The notes under the pieces: model-generated
What the model was told of the DNA's origin: nothing
What the model saw: the letters and a program-made list of their open reading frames with translations, nothing else
The model's database searches: none
Position numbers and translations under genes: made by a program
In this document: piece by piece, positions 1 through 12,533 of the stretch
Layout of the letters: the number at the start of each line of letters is the position of its first letter
Position numbering within the stretch: the stretch's first letter is position 1
Assembly (NCBI GenBank): GCA_951406725.2
Contig: OX597828.1
Span: 28,892,001-28,956,000, forward strand
Origin: Octopus vulgaris
Taxonomy: Eukaryota
Direction: 5' to 3'
DNA length: 64,000 bases

Positions 1-255
1 AGCCGACATTGATAGATAGACTTGGTTGTCTTGTTGTGACTGCTTCACCTTTTACTCTGGAACCCGGTTTGAACATCTCCAAAGAAGCTTCGTTTTATTT
101 TCGTCATCAACTCCTTTGATAAAGACATAGGAATCACACAATGGTTTCGAAAATAAAGGTAAACGATAGAAAATAGGTTTCTTACTGAGATTTTGCGAAT
201 CACAAACATTAAAAAAAAAAACATATTGAATGTTCTTGAAAAGCATACGATGACA

Positions 256-640
256 GTTGTTAGACTGCGGCCATACTAGGGCAGCGCCTTGAAGAATTTA
301 TTATTCGAATTAATCGATTCAAGTACTGGCATTTTAAAGACTGGCACTTATTATAGCAGTCTCTTTTTTGCGTAAAACAACCAACACCGGTTGTCAAGCG
401 GTGGAGGATGGGGGGGGGGAGCAAACAGAGACACAAAGACACGCGCGCACACAGACACACACACACACACATACACACATATATACGCGTAAATATATAC
501 GACGGCAATTCTCATCTATCAAATCTAATCACAAGGCTTTGGTGGGCCCGAGGCTATAGTAGGTGCCAAACAGTGGGATTGAACATGGGATGCTGTGGTT
601 GGGAAGCAAGTTTCTTACCACACAGTCACGGCTACGCCTA
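256..640 (-). mobile_element. tRNA-derived SINE family A (CORE-like, octopus OR2-like), diverged copy
   Basis: Reverse-complement similarity to the full copies at 3934-4345 and 44153-44570 (GACTGCGGCCAT tail motif, AAATC..CACAAGGCTTTGG body, TTCTTACCACACAG head). Confidence 0.75.
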
Positions 641-1547
641 CAGTATATTTATTCTTAATACGTTCCAGTAGATTCGAACGCAAATATGCTAGTCGCTGTT
701 ACGTATGTCACATGAGAACAACTTCACCTTTTACACTGGCGCAAGGGACCCTGGGACACTGGTTTTTCGAAATATTGTGTCTCGTTAGCCAGAAATGCTC
801 GGGTCTTCGAGCTTAAACGAGCCAGTATATAAACTCGTACAATAGAACGAGAGTTAGCGTCTCTTTTAGATTCTTCTAAACGTTGGAAAAAGCATGAACC
901 AAGTCTTCCAGAGTCGCAGTGCCTCGTTTAATGCTGTTATTTTTTGCATTTTCCTTCATTTCCTTCTTTAATAGGTGTTACTTCATAAGAAAAGACATGC
1001 CTGATAGTAAGTCGATCTCGATTATGTTCAGGGATGAATATGAAGTCATTGAGACTGAATGATGTCAGCCATCTTTGCCAACAAATATCTTCCAAAGGGT
1101 CATCAAATGACATCGCCATTATTGGTGGTCGCAGAGACGTACACACACTAAATAAGATAGAAAATGTCCGAAACACATGGAAACAAGGAATCCTAGGAGG
1201 AAATTATGAACATCATTACTCTGTATAATAGTCACGTGGTATTTATTAGAATGCAGGCTAAATGTGTCAAGATTGTCAATGAGGATAATGACTTCAGTGT
1301 TAACATTTTTGAGACAAACTCTGTTTTATATTCTGGATGCACTATACAATATTATAAGCCTATGTAGTTATATGTTGGTGTCATTCGTAAAGTGATGTTG
1401 TATATCTTTGCTTGTCATATAACGATGTTATTTGCCGCAGTTCATCAGATGTTGCATGGATTTGAATTTGGTTACTCAATAAACTGTATAATTTACATTA
1501 TTAGATTCAATAATTGAAGAATACATAATTATATGAACAACAAAAAC

Positions 1548-1790
1548 TGCAACCTGGCAGAATCGTTGGAACATCAGACAAAACGCACAGCGGCGTTTCG
1601 TCCGTCTTCTGAGCTCAAATTCCGCAGAGGTCGACTTTGCCTTTCATCATTTCGGGGTCGATAAAACAAGAACCAGCTGAGTACTGGGGTTGATGTATAA
1701 AAAAAAAGGTACCAGTCCAGTAAAGGGTGTTAGTCGCATCGTCTAAACCCCTCCCTCTCGAAAATGCTGCTCTTGTGCCTACATCATATA
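1548..1790 (+). mobile_element. tRNA-derived SINE family B (Meta/MESC-like core), diverged copy
   Basis: CTGGCAGAATCGTT head; GAGCTCAAATTCCGCAGAGGTCGACTTTGCCTTTCATCATTTCGGGGTCGATAAA core shared with more than 15 copies in the window. Confidence 0.8.
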
Positions 1791-1806
1791 CTAATATTAT
1801 ATTTGT

Positions 1807-2029
1807 TTTTTATTACCCACAATGGGCTAAACATAGAGGGGGCAAAGACAGACAAACGGATTAAGTCGATTACATCGACTCCAGTGCGTAACTGGTACTT
1901 AATTTACCGACTCCGAAAGGATGAAAGGCAAAGTCGACTTCGGCGGAATTTGAACTCAGAACGTAACGGCAAACGAAATACGGCTACGCATTTCGCCCGG
2001 CGTGCTAACGGTTCTGCCAGCTCGCCGCC
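1807..2029 (-). mobile_element. SINE family B, full head + core + tail type 1
   Basis: Minus strand starts GGCGGCGAGCTGGCAGAACCGTTAGCACGCCGGGCGAAATG and ends with the TTTAGCCC..GTGGGTAATAAA tail. Confidence 0.9.
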
Positions 2030-2311
2030 CTATATGCTAATATTATATGTAAAACACGGTTTTGTTTTTAAGTCTTGTTTATCAGTCTATGAAATGTTGT
2101 GTTCCATGTGATTTACTCTACAGAATGATCACGTGCAACTGGTTGGCCTTGTGCTGCGTGCACATATCTGTTTTCAAAATGGTTTTTCTTTATCCTGATA
2201 TACTTTTCATTTGTAGCATAAGTTAATGTAGTACAGTAGTCACTCTCTTTGTGTGCGATATAGTATAATATAGTATAATGGAATATAATATAAAATAATA
2301 TAAAATTATAT

Positions 2312-2536
<225 letters not shown>

Positions 2537-3212
2537 TATGTAGGTATATTTATATATGCAATTGTTGCCATAGCCATTTTTTAATGTTCTCTAAATATCT
2601 AGATGTATCTAAATATTATGGTGTTTGAAGACGATACTTGCATCCAAATGCACCTTCAACAAACTTTTCAGTTATTATATTAATGACATTTATTACAAAA
2701 CCGTCGCAAAGTGTTTTCTCTTAATCACTTTTCCTCGCGGTTTTTCTTCCTAGATTCCTTCCGTATGGTTGATTTAATTAAAGGAGATTTCCTTTTCCTT
2801 CTTTTTTTTTTGCGATGTTTAAACTTTAGTGTGTAAACAGTAATTTTTACCAACTAAACGTGAATACTTTTGACATTTTCAAGTGATAATAAAGCAACAT
2901 AATTATTAAAAATTATAGAACTTCTACAACGAGAATAATTAACTTACACAACCCTTCCTCCATGGTAACGTATTATCTTCAATCCATCTTTTACTGTTCA
3001 ACTTTCACTAATCTTTCTTATGGTGTATCTTAAAACATATTCCATATCCCATTTTCTGTGGCCCATTTTCCGCAGATCATATTTGGCAACCCATTTTTCA
3101 CAAGTCACTTAAGATGTTGAAATTCAGCCAGGTTACTCAACAACAATCAAATTTTCACTAGGATTTCATGAAAGAAAAGGACGAAGTAAATACAATCAAC
3201 ACTGCACCCGTA

Positions 3213-3619
3213 TCTCTTTACTCTCTCTTTTACTCTTTTACTTGTTTCAGTCATTTGACTGCGGCCATGCTGGAGCACCGCCTTTAGTCGAGCAAATTGA
3301 CCCCGGGACTTATTCTTTGTAAGCCCAGTACTTATTCTATCGGTCTCTTTTGCCGAACCGCTAAGTGACGGGGACGTAAACACACCAGCATCGGTTGTCA
3401 AGCAATGCTAGGGGGACAAACACACACACACAAACACACACATACATACATATATACGACGGGCTTCTTTCAGTTTCCGTCTACCAAATCCACTCACAAA
3501 GCATTGGTCGGCCCGGGGCTATAGCAGAAAACACTTGCCCAAGATGCCACGCAGTGGGATTGAACCCGGAACCATGTGGTTGGTTAGCAAGCTACTTACC
3601 ACACAGCCACTCCTGCGCC
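3213..3619 (-). mobile_element. SINE family A, full length
   Basis: Minus strand: GGCGCAGGAGTGGCTGTGTGGTAAG (A-box region), GGTTCAATCCC (B box), CTTGGGCAAGTG CORE-like segment, internal (TG)n, tail CAGTCAAATGACTGAAACAAGTAAAAGAG repeats. Confidence 0.92.
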
Positions 3620-3933
3620 TCTTTGTCTATCTCTGTATATATTTTTCTACATCGTTCACACCTGCATTCCATGGGTTTCGCAGGCCCCACGAAATGTGGG
3701 GAAGGTAACGTTAACGCTTCTATTAAACAGGGGTTAGTGAAGATTCAGTAAAGTGTTTGACACTATATGGAGGATGAGAAGAAGAGTAACCAATGTGTCG
3801 GAGCTAACTCAGTGAAGATGATCCAAAACCAGCCAACTCTAATGGAGCTTGTTCATATATTGGAAGTATTCCATTATTATCGTTTGGCATCTTGGCAAAG
3901 GAAAAGGAGCAAATTCTGATGGGTTGTTCTATA

Positions 3934-4345
3934 GGCGCAGGAGTGGCTATGTGGTAAGTAGCTTGCTAACCAACCACATGGTTCCAGGTTCAGTCCCACT
4001 GCGTTGCATCTTGGGCAAGTGTCTTCTGCTATAGCCCCGGGCCGACCAATGCCTTGTGAGTGGATTTGGTAGACGGAAACTGAAAGAAGCCTGTCGTATA
4101 TATGTATGTATATATATGTATGTGTGTGTGTTTGTGTGTTTGTGTTTGTCCCCCTAGCATTGCTTGACAACCGATGCTGGTGTGTTTACGTCCCCGTCAC
4201 TTTGCGGTTCGGCAAAAGAGACCGATAGAATAAGTAATGGCCTTACAAAGAATAAGTCCCGGGGTCGAGTTGCTCGACTAAAGGCGGTGCTCCAGCATGG
4301 CCGCAGTCAAATGACTGAAACAAGTAAAAGAGTAAGAGTAAAGAG
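3934..4345 (+). mobile_element. SINE family A, full length
   Basis: Near-identical inverted copy of 3213-3619; tRNA-like head and (GTAAAAGA)-type tail. Confidence 0.92.
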
Positions 4346-4797
4346 GTCGGTTCAGTTCTCAACTAAACTATCGAAATATCCTCCATTGGGCCTAATTTAC
4401 TTGTGTGACAAGATACATACAGCTATAATCCCCGTACATATATTTAATCATGACCCAGGTGTATTTATTTAACAAGAAGTTTGTTCCCTTGAGCTAATAA
4501 TTCTCCATACAGAGTAAAACATGAGAGCCAGCTTGAATTTGTATGTTTTCCGGCCCAATAATCCAAGAAATACTGGCCTTTAACGTGAAGACCAACGTCC
4601 ATTTTGAAGAGAAGTCTTCAAAATGGACGTTCATCTAAAATTTATATTTGTCTCCAGATTGTCATTTTCAAACGGTGCACCGCAAAAGTTGCTCATTATC
4701 GAGTTTTTTAAAATATAATTTTAGGCTTCAGAAAATCCACACTAATACCAAAGTTTCCTGAAAACTTGTTTGCTCATAATTTTCTCTTACACAAATA

Positions 4798-5190
4798 TCT
4801 TTATATATAAAACTGTAGTTGTGTGAGTGTCTGTCCCCTTCGATTTAGATTCCTAACTACTCCCACATTTTGAGGTGCAGTTTAACCAAAACCGGGTATC
4901 TTATAGTCGTGATTCATATCGAGCCCTTCTGGGTATTAGCGCTTGTCTACGATGAGTCTACGATTTTAAAAATAATTTACCATCATTTTTTTCCATTTTC
5001 ATGCATATTTTTTAAAGGGAAGTAACTCTCTAAAAATGTCTACGATGAGTCAACGATTAAAAAAAAAATTTACCATCATATTTTTTCCATTTTTAATGCA
5101 TTTTTTTGCTATTTTTTGGCTATAACTCTCTACAAATGTTGTATAGTTATTTCCCTTACAAACCCGAGCAACGCCGGGCGATACTGCTAG
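4798..5190 (+). mobile_element. Non-autonomous Helitron
   Basis: A|TCTTTATATATAAAA 5' end; GC-rich subterminal hairpin CCCGAGCAACGCCGGG; CTAG|T 3' end; no TSD; second copy at 10696-11068. Confidence 0.88.
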
Positions 5191-5644
5191 TAATTGATAA
5201 AACAAAGCAAAAAATTCTTTCTTAAGTCCTTCGCTACCAAATGGAACGTAGACCATCGACGACTTTTCTCCGTTGTTCTCGATTCTGGGCTGTCTTTTCT
5301 ACTTCTTTTCAGTTGTTTTCTTATTTGTTTTTTTAGAGATGTGTGTTGGCTCTACGCAAACTCACTTTCGCTTCAGATGTGGCTCATATTAGTTTGACCT
5401 CTATCCTTTGACCTGTTTTGCACTGGAAGCCATATCAGGTGCTTAACTCCTCTAACACTGCTCTCATTCGAGGTCACTGAGGCATACACGCAACAATGAC
5501 TGGACCTCCTGGTGGAAAAGAAGACATAGTTTTTCTCTAAAAACAACTTTGAAACAAAAGTTATAAAAATTTCTTCTGTAAAGTGCACCAGTAATGATTT
5601 ACCTCCAGTACAAAGACAGAAAAAAATGAGAATTATTATATATG

Positions 5645-5835
5645 TCGTCACATGTTCATTTAGAAATAGAAGCCAAATCTCCCTCAAATCACACCATACT
5701 CTCTTCAAAAAAAAAGGATACATTGAATGATTGATTATCCTGGATACTGTCCAAGAATAAAAGACAAAGATAGTCACGGCTGGAATAATTTAATCATAAG
5801 CAAGTTCGATCAGTGCTGACCTAGGGTTAAACAAC
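5645..5835. repeat. Unclassified interspersed repeat (family D)
   Basis: Similar in opposite orientation to 21330-21640 and 21975-22200 (TTTAGCCCCAG/GTCA..GATC..TTCCAGC.GTGACCA..GTTATTTCTAG). Confidence 0.55.
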
Positions 5836-6814
5836 AGCAGCGATATTAGCAGCAGAGCAATAGTTGTAGTAATAGTAGCAGCAGAGCAATAGTTGTAGTA
5901 ATAGTAGCAGCAGCAGCAGCAGCAGCAGCAGCATCTACAACAAGAGTGATATTTGGAAGAGAAATATGTTCTGGTGAAGCTGAGAAACACAACTTCTGTG
6001 TTTGTTTGTTTTAATCAAATCTGACGGAAGACGATATGGTGAATGTTAGGCGAAAAATATATAAACTTCTTGAAAAAGAGAGCAGCTCTATGGAACAAGG
6101 AACGCTGTGTTATCGACCCAAACACACAATTCTAAACATTTCTTAAGAGATGGATGGTCCTAATCAAATATTGATTAGCTACAGAGATTCGTTTTTGGAC
6201 ATTGTCCAGGGTGTTAGAAAGTGATTTTGGTAATTCCAACAACAGCAGCTCCAGAATAAACAGTCCAAAAGATTGTTAAGTTAGTGTTAACATATTTCAT
6301 ACAGTGAGCATAAAAGATCTAATTAGAAATGCTTATACTTTCAATAGAAACCTCACTAAACTGAACAAACGAATTCTTTATTGACAACAACAAAATCTTC
6401 CATCCGGTTCTCAAATCTATAGAATGGTAGAATCAGTGTAGCTTCAGCACACAATGCCTTGCGGTGATTAGTAATGCTCCTTTAAATTTTGTGTTCAAAT
6501 CGCACACAAAACGAACTTTGTTTCCTGTCCTTCCAAGATCGATTAAATAAAATACCAGACAAATACTCGTGTCAAATTCTTCGACAATATACTCAAGTAA
6601 GCTGTTTGGCTTTAGAAATAATGGTAAAATACATTTTAGTTAACTTTGAATATTTTCTTTGACCATGAAAATCTTTGGTAATCTTGAGCAACCTGTGTAT
6701 GCATGTTCTCCAAATGTACCTGCATATTATCGTTTTTCAAAGAAAAGAAGCTTTCAGAGCTTCCTTTCTCGTATTAGCCATAATATTGGTAATAATCTTT
6801 CTCTATTGTTAACT

Positions 6815-6854
<40 letters not shown>

Positions 6855-7030
6855 CACATGGCTTAGTGGTTAGGAAGTTGCACTCACAACTGCGTGATCG
6901 TGGTTTCGATTCCCAGACCGAGCATTGCGTTGTGCTCTTGAGCAAAGCACTTTATTTCATGTTGCTCTGCAATCATTTCGTCATCCAACAAGTGACCCGT
7001 TGTGCACCTGAGAACCGTTAAGTCATAATC
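6855..7030 (+). mobile_element. SINE family C, 5' part
   Basis: TGGCTTAGTGGTTAG A box, GGTTTCGATTCCC B box, CTTGAGCAAAGCACTTTATTTCA CORE-like segment; related to 16446-16758 and 51498-51892. Confidence 0.7.
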
Positions 7031-7182
7031 TATGCTCAGATAGGCGCCTCGCCACAGAGGATACTCAGTGGTCTGCTTTGCACTGTTCTTTTTTGACCTG
7101 TCTAGACTTCGAAATGTATAAATATTTTCTGTATCAAAATATATCAAACATATTCTTTCATGCAATATAAACTTGTCTGCCA

Positions 7183-7947
7183 GGCGCGGGAAGCTGGCGG
7201 AATCGTTAGCACGCCGGGCGAAATGCTTAACGGTATTTCGTCTGCGTTACGTTGTGAGTTCAAATTCCGCCGAGGTTGACTTTGCCTTTCATCCTTTCGG
7301 GGTCGATAAATTAAGTACCAGTTACGCACTGGGGTCGATGTAATCGACTTAATACCTATGTCTGTCCTTGTTTGTCCCCTCTGTGTTTAGCCCCTTGTGG
7401 GTAATAAAGAAATAGGTATTTCGTCTGCCGCTACGTTCTGAGTTCAAATTCCGCCGAGGTCGACTTTGCCTTTCATCCTTTTGAGGTCGATTAAATAAGT
7501 ACCAGTTACGCACTGGGGTAGATATAATCGACTTAATCCGTTTGTCTGTCCTTGTTTCTCCTCTCTGTGTTTAGCCCCTTGTGAGTTGTAAAGAAATAGG
7601 TATTTCGTCTGCCGTTACGCTCTGAGTTCAAATTCCGCCGAGGCTGACCTTGCCTTTCATCCTTTCAGGGTCGATTAAATAAGCACCAGTTACGCACTGG
7701 GGTCGATATAATCGACTTAATCCGTTTGTCTGTCCTTGTTTGTCCTTTCTGTCTTTAGCCCCTTGTGGGTAGTAAAGAAATAGGTATTTCGTCTGTCTTT
7801 ACGGTCTGAGTTCAAATTCCGCTGAGATCGACTTTGCCTTTCATTCTTTCGGGGTCGATAAATTAAGCACCAGTTGCGTACTGGGATCGATCTAATCGAC
7901 TGGCCCCCTCTCCCAAAATTTCGGGCCTTGTGCCTATAGTAGAAAAG
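7183..7947 (+). mobile_element. SINE family B tandem array: one head + four 183-184 bp core units
   Basis: GGTATTTCGTCTG recurs at 7232, 7415, 7599 and 7783; the first three units end in tail 1, the last in tail 2 (CCCAAAATTTCGGGCCTTGTGCCTATAGTAGAAA). Confidence 0.92.
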
Positions 7948-8042
7948 TATAAATTTGTCTGTCTTAAAATTTCTTGCATCCACCAATATCGGTGAAAGGC
8001 AAAAAGCGAATGGTTGTGACACATGTTGCTATTGGTTGCTAC

Positions 8043-8087
8043 TTTGTCGCCAGATTTGTCGCCAGATTTGTCGCCAAATTTGTCGCC
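8043..8087. repeat. 12-bp minisatellite (TTTGTCGCCAGA) x4
   Basis: Seen directly. Confidence 0.9.
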
Positions 8088-8539
8088 TCAGATAATATCC
8101 GGTTCTTTACGTTGTGTTCAAATCCCTCTGAGGTCGTCTTCAGCTTTCATCCTTTCGGGGTCGATAAAAATAAAATACCAGTCAAATACTTGGGTTGATG
8201 TAATCGACTTGCCCCTCCCCTAAAGATCGCTGGTCTTGAACCCTGCAATGGAACAGCGTCCTATTCAAGCGAAGTGTGATATTGGTTAAATACACACCAT
8301 GGGAACCGAGTAACCGATATTATGTTTGGAGGGAAATTGTTGCGATCTACTGAAAAGTAACAATTGTTTTTCCCTTTGAAAATATGATTTGTTGTAAAAT
8401 GTTTTGTTTGTTTCTTTTCTTTCCTTCTGTTTAATGTCAATAATAAAAAAGAATTTAAAATTCTCACCTTTGTTTTTCAAAGACTAGAATAGAAATTTTT
8501 AACATAAAAATAAAATTTTCAGAGTTATTTTGCGAGCCT

Positions 8540-9380
8540 ACATCATCCCACGTTTATCTCTACTCAGATCAGCCACATCGTACAATTAAGTCAAATCCGA
8601 ACTCCCAGTTTTTGAGGATAAAACGGATTTGTACCGACATAGAGGATTACTGGAACCATGTAAATGCTTTTGTGCGCTATTATGTCAAACGTGGTTATTG
8701 TAAATCACGATTAAAGGAAATAGCAAATGACATAACTAAAATTAGTAAGGAAAGTCAAACTTACACGCGAAATTCTAGCAACCAAAATAAAGTTTGTGAC
8801 AAAATTCCTGAAGTGATTAACTGGCACCAAAATTTAGCTGGCATTTCAAAAGTGCTGCATGAAAGTTACCAGCATATTGCAGAAAAATATTCTTGTTTCA
8901 AAGCCATCATAGCCTTTTTGACGCAATAAAGATATAAAGAGAACTTTAGACGCAATAAAGATATAAGAGAACTATCGGCCCACACCTCTAATCCCAATAA
9001 AACTACCATGAGAGCTTATGAATGCTGTACCCCGAAAAACAAGAGAGGTAAGCCCTCTTAATTATGCAATAATATGAATCAAATCAATTCCATCACAAAT
9101 TATAACAGAAGGTGGGGCGTGCAAGGATCTCCATTTAGTGTACGCAGCGGAATGCACCAAACACAACTCGCTTTATGTTGGTTGTACAACAGAACAATTA
9201 ACTAAGAGATGCAATGAGCACAGGTATGACGTCAGCAACAATAACAGTAGTTCGACGAAACTTGCCGAACGTCTAACTATCAAGCGGTTATAATTTCGAT
9301 GAATACTTGATAGTGCAAACCCTCAGAAAATATTCTGACACTACTGCACTTTCAATCCTCAAAACACATGAGGATAAATA
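8540..9380 (+). pseudogene. Penelope-like retroelement fragment (RT C-terminus + GIY-YIG endonuclease), frameshifted
   Basis: PNSQFLRIKRICTD...YVKRGY (PLE thumb motif SQFLRxxRIC...RGY); VYAAECTKHNSLYVGCT...RCNEHRYD (GIY-YIG); continues after the mariner at 10618 (HEDKY|ICKVLTSHLGEN). Confidence 0.82.
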
Positions 9381-10617
9381 TCAGGTTGAGTAAAAAGTAA
9401 GCAAAGTTTTGAACCATGAAGAATTTGTACCAGATTTTTGCAGAGTTTTGAATTTTTTAAACATATGTTTTTGCAGTTGTCTTATAAAACAGACATAGAC
9501 TAGCCCAAATGCGCCAATAACTTAACATTGATATTTGTCTTATCGTTGTTACAATGATCTGAAATGGAACTTTCAGATGAAAGCCCGGTATTCGAGCAAT
9601 TTTGCTATTCAGCTTCATAAAAAGTACGTAAAGCAGCTGAAACCGCTCGCGATATCAACGAAACGTTTGGTGAGGAAATGACCAGTGAGTGGTCACCTCG
9701 AAAATGGCTTGAACGATTTCGCAGTGGAAACCTGTGCCTTGAAGATCGCGAGCGCAGTGGACGCCCATTTGTCATCGATGACGGTCAATTAGGGACCATT
9801 ATTGAGAAAGATCCATATAAAACCACCCAAGAACTGGCAAAGGAACTTCAAGTTAGCCAGAAAACTGCCTGCAACCATTCGCAAGCGATCGGAAAACCAA
9901 AAAAGCTCGACAAATGTGTAGCACACGATTTGAATGAAAATTAGAGAATGCGCAGATATGAAATTTGCTCGTCGCTTATCTCTGTAACCAGACCGATCCA
10001 TTTCTCGACCGTATTGTAACCTGCGATGTAAAGTGGATTCTGTACAATAATAAAAAATAAACGCTCTTCGCAGTGGTTGAACCAAAATGAAGTACCGGAA
10101 ACCTTCCCTAAACCCGAGCTCTTCAAAAGAAGGTTATGGTGAATGTTTGGTGGTGTACTACTGGACTAATCCACTATAACTTCTTAGAACCCGGAAAAAC
10201 CATTACTGCAGAAACATATTGCCATGAAATTACCAAAATGAATGAAACGCTGATACTCCTCCGTCCCAGACTGGTCAACAGAAGAGGGCCACTCATTCTT
10301 CATGACAATGCTTGACCACACGTTTCACTAATGATGTACCAGAAGTTGAGGGAACGAAGTTCTTCCTCACCCAGCTTATTTCCCAGACCTTTCCCCCACC
10401 GACTACCATTTTTTCAAGCTGAAAGTGCGTTCAAAGAATTCATCATCTCCAGAACTCCAGGTCTTTATATTACTGGAATAAACAAATTTGTAACTCGTTG
10501 GCAAATATGTGTTGATTGTAATGACACTTACTTTGATGAATAAAATTTCCGCATCGTTGAAATATATTGCGATGAATTTCGTGTTTCAAAACATTGCTTA
10601 CATTTTATTCAGCCTCA
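9381..10617 (+). mobile_element. mariner transposon, full length but decayed
   Basis: TA|TCAGGTTGAGTAAAAAGTAAGCAAAGTTTTGAA ... TTCAAAACATTGCTTACATTTTATTCAGCCTCA|TA imperfect TIRs with TA TSD; pseudo-ORF ~9564-10543 with WLERFRSG..LED.ERSGRP, TCDVKWILY, HDNA*PH, PDLSPTDYHFF motifs. Confidence 0.92.
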
Positions 10618-10695
10618 TATATTTGTAAAGTACTAACGTCACACCTTGGAGAGAATGCAAAAATAACAGATGAATTCCATCACATTTATACAAAA

Positions 10696-11068
10696 CTAGC
10701 AGTATCGCCCGGCGTTGCTCGGGTTTGTAAGGGAAATAACGATATAAGCATTTTTAGAGAGTTATAGCCAAAATATAACAAAAAAATGCATTAAAAATGG
10801 AAAAAAAAATGATGGTAATTATTTTTTTAAATCGTTGACTCATCGTAGACATTTTTAGAGATTTATTTCCCTTATATAATAGCGAAAAAAAATGCATTAA
10901 AATGGAAAGAAATGATGGTAATTTTTTTTAAATCGTAGACTCATCGAAGGCGCGCGCTAATACCCAGAAGATACCTAGTTTTGGTTAAACTGCACCGCAA
11001 AATGTGGGAGTAGTTAGGAATCTAAATCGTAGGAGACAGACACACAACTTCACTTTTATATATAAAGA
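10696..11068 (-). mobile_element. Non-autonomous Helitron (second copy)
   Basis: Reverse complement of the 4798-5190 family with the same TC...hairpin...CTAG termini between A and T. Confidence 0.88.
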
Positions 11069-11260
11069 TATTTTGACTGAGTGTTCTCTTTCCACGTTTC
11101 TTTCTTTCTTTCTTTTCCTTTTTTCCCTTTTTTCTTGTGACTGAAAACTGATGACAACATTTTTGTCTAAAGAGAAATACAGGATATTTCGGTTCAAATT
11201 TTGAATTTCTGTATATCTGCGTTCTTTTAATTTTTATTTTGATCCCGAAGACGATGGACA

Positions 11261-11623
11261 TACTCTTTACTTGTTTCAGTCATTTGACTGCGGCCATGCT
11301 GGTGCACCGCCTTTAATCGAGCAACTCGACCCCGGGACTTATTCTTTGTAAGCCCAGTACTTATTCTATCGGTCTCTTTTGCCGAACCGCAAAGTGACGG
11401 GGACATAAACACACCAGCATCGGTTGTCAAGCAATGCTAGGGGGACAAATACAAACATACACGCACATACACATATACATATATAAATACATATATACGA
11501 CGGGCTTCTTTCAGTTTCCGTCTACCAAATCCACTCACAAGGCTTTGGTCGGCCCGAGGCTATAGTAGAAGACACTTGCCCAAGGTGCCACGCTGTGGGA
11601 CTGAACCCGGAACCACACAGCCA
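11261..11623 (-). mobile_element. SINE family A with altered 5' end
   Basis: High identity to the full copies; 27-nt deletion in the head; first ~10 nt replaced by telomeric repeats. Confidence 0.9.
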
Positions 11624-11646
11624 CCCTAACCCTAACCCTAACCCTA
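11624..11646 (-). repeat. Interstitial telomeric repeat (TTAGGG) x ~4
   Basis: CCCTAACCCTAACCCTAACCCTA on the plus strand. Confidence 0.9.
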
Positions 11647-11776
11647 CCGTCGAAATATTGTTCGATTCCATAATCTCTATTTATTACAAGTTATATCCTG
11701 CTCTTATTATTGTTTATTTACCTTCGCAAATGAGTTACGTTAATCTTTACAAATTATTATAATTATCATTACTATT

Positions 11777-11936
11777 ACTCTGAGTTCAAATTCCTCCGAG
11801 GTCAACATTGAGTTTCATCCTTTCGTGGTCGATAAAATAAGCACCAGTTAAGCACTGGGGTCGACGTAATCGACTCAGACCTAAATTGCAGAACTTATGC
11901 CTATAGTAGAAAGGAATATTATTATTATTATTATTA

Positions 11937-11991
<55 letters not shown>
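11777..11991 (+). mobile_element. SINE family B 3' part with tail 2 and (ATT)n
   Basis: Core TGAGTTCAAATT..TTTCATCCTTTCG..GATAAAATAAG, then GCCTATAGTAGAAAGG and (ATT)n. Confidence 0.8.
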
Positions 11992-12533
11992 GAGTGAGAG
12001 AGCAGAGCATGCCATCAAAGTGACACTGGGGTAAAATATAGGAAGCCCATGACTACCCGTCTGATAAGGGTACACCAGGCACATGCATCACAACCATATG
12101 TGCGCGACATGGTGATCTCATATCGAGATAAACAGCACATGACCTTGCAGGTGGAGTCCAGTTAGAATTTTCTTCAGATCGAGTAACCCATCCCGCTCAA
12201 AAGGTCCCTGAATAAGGGTTGTTTAAGGACATTGAACGAAACACCCATGTTTCCAGAGGTGAATTATTCAAACCCCAAAGAATCCTTCTCAACACATGGC
12301 TATGATGCTCCCCCACTACTTCTGCTCGTGATCAGAGATTCACATATCGTCAGCCACTAAGGGACATGCTCAACTGGTTAAGGTCAAACAACTGACAAGC
12401 AAATCTGTGGTATTGAGCAGAATATTTGCTGTAGCCCATCTTTTATACCAAGACAAAACAATGTACATGATAACACTTCCAATCAGTTAAGATCAGAAGC
12501 CATGAGAGCCACTGCCTGGTACTGCATCAGGGC

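Noticed and set aside
3147-4472. Recurrent ORFs MTTDAGVFTSP.. and MSSNARGTN.. found several times in the window
   Set aside because: Incidental frames inside SINE family A copies, not a gene family.
7232-7947. Regularly spaced repeats that might suggest a CRISPR array
   Set aside because: The whole 184-bp unit repeats with no unique spacers and no cas genes; it is a eukaryotic SINE multimer.
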